A program made the translations under genes and the position numbers. Of a DNA stretch of 46,805 bases, positions 46,780 to 46,805 are shown piece by piece. The notes beneath the pieces were generated by a model. That model was given only the letters and a program-made list of their open reading frames with translations, had not been told where the DNA came from and ran no database searches. The DNA is taken from positions 1-46,805 of the forward strand of contig JBNJGH010000015.1 in NCBI GenBank assembly GCA_051747585.1, written 5' to 3'. Source of the DNA: Candidatus Rifleibacteriota bacterium (GTDB lineage: Bacteria > Muiribacteriota > Ozemobacteria > Ozemobacterales > Ozemobacteraceae). Position 1 is the first letter of the stretch; every line of letters begins with the position of its first letter.

Positions 46780-46805
46780 ATGAAGCGATTAAATTTGCTG
46801 TTCTT
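46780..46805 (+). CDS. Start of a CDS truncated by the window edge (MKRLNLLF..., signal-peptide-like)
   Basis: AAGGAG RBS 6 nt upstream of ATG. Confidence 0.5.

Overview
AT-rich bacterial chromosomal window from a diderm organism. The gene style suggests Candidatus Riflebacteria or a similar poorly characterised lineage, which is an impression only. Left to right it holds: a 5'-intact UvrD/PcrA-type helicase running off the left edge; an M42 peptidase; an ~18 kb co-directional minus-strand run (alpha-2-macroglobulin, pbpC, an unknown exported protein, three Skp/OmpH-like paralogues interleaved with PilW-, PilV- and PilX-like minor pilins, and a 1620-aa exported protein); clpB with a consensus sigma-54 promoter; a membrane protein; an exported phospholipase D; a divergent PurD; an exported glycine-zipper protein; two tandem membrane-fused spermidine-synthase-like genes; a DUF1848-like protein; a double protease-inhibitor-fold protein; a PilB/GspE ATPase with a ~600-aa C-terminal extension (HTH-like segment plus four ~77-aa repeats); a degenerate PP2C; a 44-aa small ORF; hisS; and several hypotheticals. 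Intergenic DNA carries two families of MITE-like elements with terminal inverted repeats, apparent target-site duplications and internal REP-like palindromes. The best candidate for an undescribed system is a type IV filament variant: a minor-pilin/giant-tip-protein operon with three dedicated Skp-like proteins, possibly powered by the repeat-extended PilB. No rRNA, tRNA, CRISPR array or transposase was recognised. All family assignments come from motif recognition by eye, not database searches.
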